Shown here: in pieces, positions 62,067 through 64,000 of the stretch | How the letters are laid out: each line of letters opens with the position of its first letter | How positions within the stretch are numbered: position 1 is the stretch's first letter | Source: Vicugna vicugna | Lineage: Eukaryota | NCBI GenBank assembly: GCA_013265495.1 | Contig: MU058198.1 | Span: 6,401,779 to 6,465,778 of the forward strand | Reading direction: 5' to 3' | DNA: 64,000 nt | Program-made: the position numbers and the translations under genes | The notes under the pieces: generated by a model | What the model was told of the DNA's origin: nothing | Database searches by the model: none | Seen by the model: the letters and a program-made list of their open reading frames with translations, nothing else

Positions 62067-63562
62067 CCTAACTGTAGCCTCAGTCCAGTAAAATGGGGAG
62101 AAACTCTTTTCAGGGAACCCCTGGGAAGGAAGAAACAAGATTACAGGAGTTGTGAGTGACCCTCTCAAGTCCCTTCTTTCCTTAAGTGAAAAGAACTGCA
62201 AGTGCACGAACATGTGCAACTTGGAAAGACTTCGGGAGAAAACAGGAAGGTATAAATCTGTCTCAATCAACTCGAGCTAAGACATCTACACCCTGAAAAA
62301 CTTTCTATCACCAGTATATGTACAGATCTATATGTGAAACTAAATGCTATCTGGACAAGATATACGGACCCTTAATTTTTACTGCAGAACAAAGCTAACT
62401 CAGAACTACAGTATTTATATAATTTCATTTTGTTCACTTTTACTTTCATTTTCCAACCAGGTTTCACTCTTTGAAAGTGATCAGGTAGAAAATGACATGA
62501 CAAGAAAGTGGACGAGAAAAGAGACCAAAAGCCAGGTCTGACAGGCAGCTGGGCAGGATAATGAGAGCCTGGCAGGGACTGCTGATGAGGTGTGTTAAGG
62601 AATTATTTGTTTTACTCATTAGGCCCTAAGGTTTCTCAGAATCAACTTCCTCCATAAAACTGAGCTCACAGTCAAGAAAGCTAAATAATTTTCTAGAAGT
62701 TTTACTGTTTAACTAGGTGTCTTCAGGGCACAAAGGCAGTTAAGCAAAAGCATCAAAATAAATGTTAATTAAATCATCAGCACTGCCCAAATAATGGGGC
62801 AACATCTGATGACTTCACTTGCAACAGTCATAAAGAGAAGAAAAAGTAACAAATGAACACGCAATTCTTTTTTTTAAAGAGGAAGTATATCAGTTTGAAA
62901 ACTTACTTAACTTCCTACTCCACCTGCCCCAGTCTCAATTTAGTTTACTTTTTCTCAAATACTAAAATTCAAAACTTCGAAAATTTTAACAATGGCTAAG
63001 AGGCAACTTGTGAGAAGTTCGTACCATATTTTTAGGTTTGTTTATATGGAAATGTCACGTGAGTTCCTATTTTATTTCACCTAACCTCATAAACTAAACA
63101 TAGGCAATATAAGAAAGAAGCAAGCATTTATTTTTGATTTGTATTATCTGATATTCCCCAACCCGGCCTCCAGAAAAATAAGTCTAGCAAAATATAAACT
63201 GAGTCAGCTCAGAACGTATACCTGAATGACGCCAACTAAAACTCCCAGCTTTGGTACTAGAAAGCGATTTCAGAAAAACAAAGTTTTACTATACTTTACT
63301 AAAACTTTACTAAACTGCTGCTGCTGTCTTAGTTTGGATGCCAAGCTAGTATTCAACTACCTTAAAACAAATCTAATGCAAAAGAACTAACCTTTGCAAA
63401 CAATTGTTTAAATAAGATGACAAATTTTAAGATTAGCCAAACTACACAAGATTCGAAGGCATACACTCATAAAATCAAATCTCTGCATCTTTGTAATGTT
63501 TTTCTTTAATCATTCAAATATTGCAAAATATGAATCTAAGTCACCTCAAATATCTACTTTGC

Positions 63563-63682
63563 AGGAGAGGATATGGCTCAGTGGTAGAGTGTGTGCTTAG
63601 CATGCACAAAGTCCTGGGTTCAATCCCTAGTTTCTCCATTTAAAAAAAAAAAAATTCAATAAATCTACCCCACCTTAAAAAC
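63563..63682 (+). mobile_element. tRNA-derived SINE
   Basis: TGGCTCAGTGGTAGAG...GGGTTCAATCCC, poly-A; flanking CTACTTTG at 63554-63561 and 63683-63690. Confidence 0.88.
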
Positions 63683-64000
63683 CTACTTTGAAAATGAAGG
63701 TTTGCCACCAAGTACAAATAAAGTTCAATTTCCTATAGGCTTTTAATATACTCTAGAACTCTGTAATAGTTTTTAATCTAAGAAGTATGACAAATGACTC
63801 TCATAGTTTTTAATCCAAGTATGATAAATGGAATTAGAGTAAATTACTAGACGATGAGCAGTCCTCAAAACTTCATGAAATATTTCCTCTCTTTTTATGG
63901 AAATATTTTCAATTCTATAGTAATTCTGCAAGAATTTTAACTTCCACACAGTACGACAGGCTACAAAAAACAGCTTGGGCTTAGAAATGTCTGATTTCAA

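Noticed and set aside
56669..64000. Preceding XPO6 exon (…TPPPSPTSGES)
   Set aside because: I could not find it in this interval, so it probably lies beyond the window.
1..64000. CRISPR arrays, operons or prokaryotic defence systems
   Set aside because: The sequence is a spliced mammalian locus with no regularly spaced repeat-spacer array or dense ORF cluster.

Overview
Mammalian genomic DNA, not prokaryotic. The lineage is probably camelid, inferred from the tRNA-derived SINE family present and the absence of recognisable Alu, Bov-tA or PRE-1. The window holds the 3' ~80% of the exportin-6 gene (XPO6) on the minus strand. I resolved 18 coding exons with GT-AG boundaries and consistent phases (2735 nt, about codon 215 to the stop, probably equivalent to human exons 7-24), followed by a ~590-nt 3'UTR and an AATAAA. 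The 5' exons lie beyond the right edge. Bases 1-9100 are downstream intergenic DNA. Introns carry ordinary interspersed repeats (SINEs, L1, L2, MIR, MLT/LTR, hAT-Charlie). Repeat family names and the human protein comparison come from recalled sequences, not a database search, and repeat edges are approximate. Most ORF-track entries are spurious. I see no convincing novel biological system. The best leads concern XPO6 regulation: a candidate poison/micro-exon, a very weak splice donor, a possible intronic-polyadenylation isoform, paired miR-1/206 sites, an antisense solo LTR with intact promoter motifs, and a CTCF+YY1 site.
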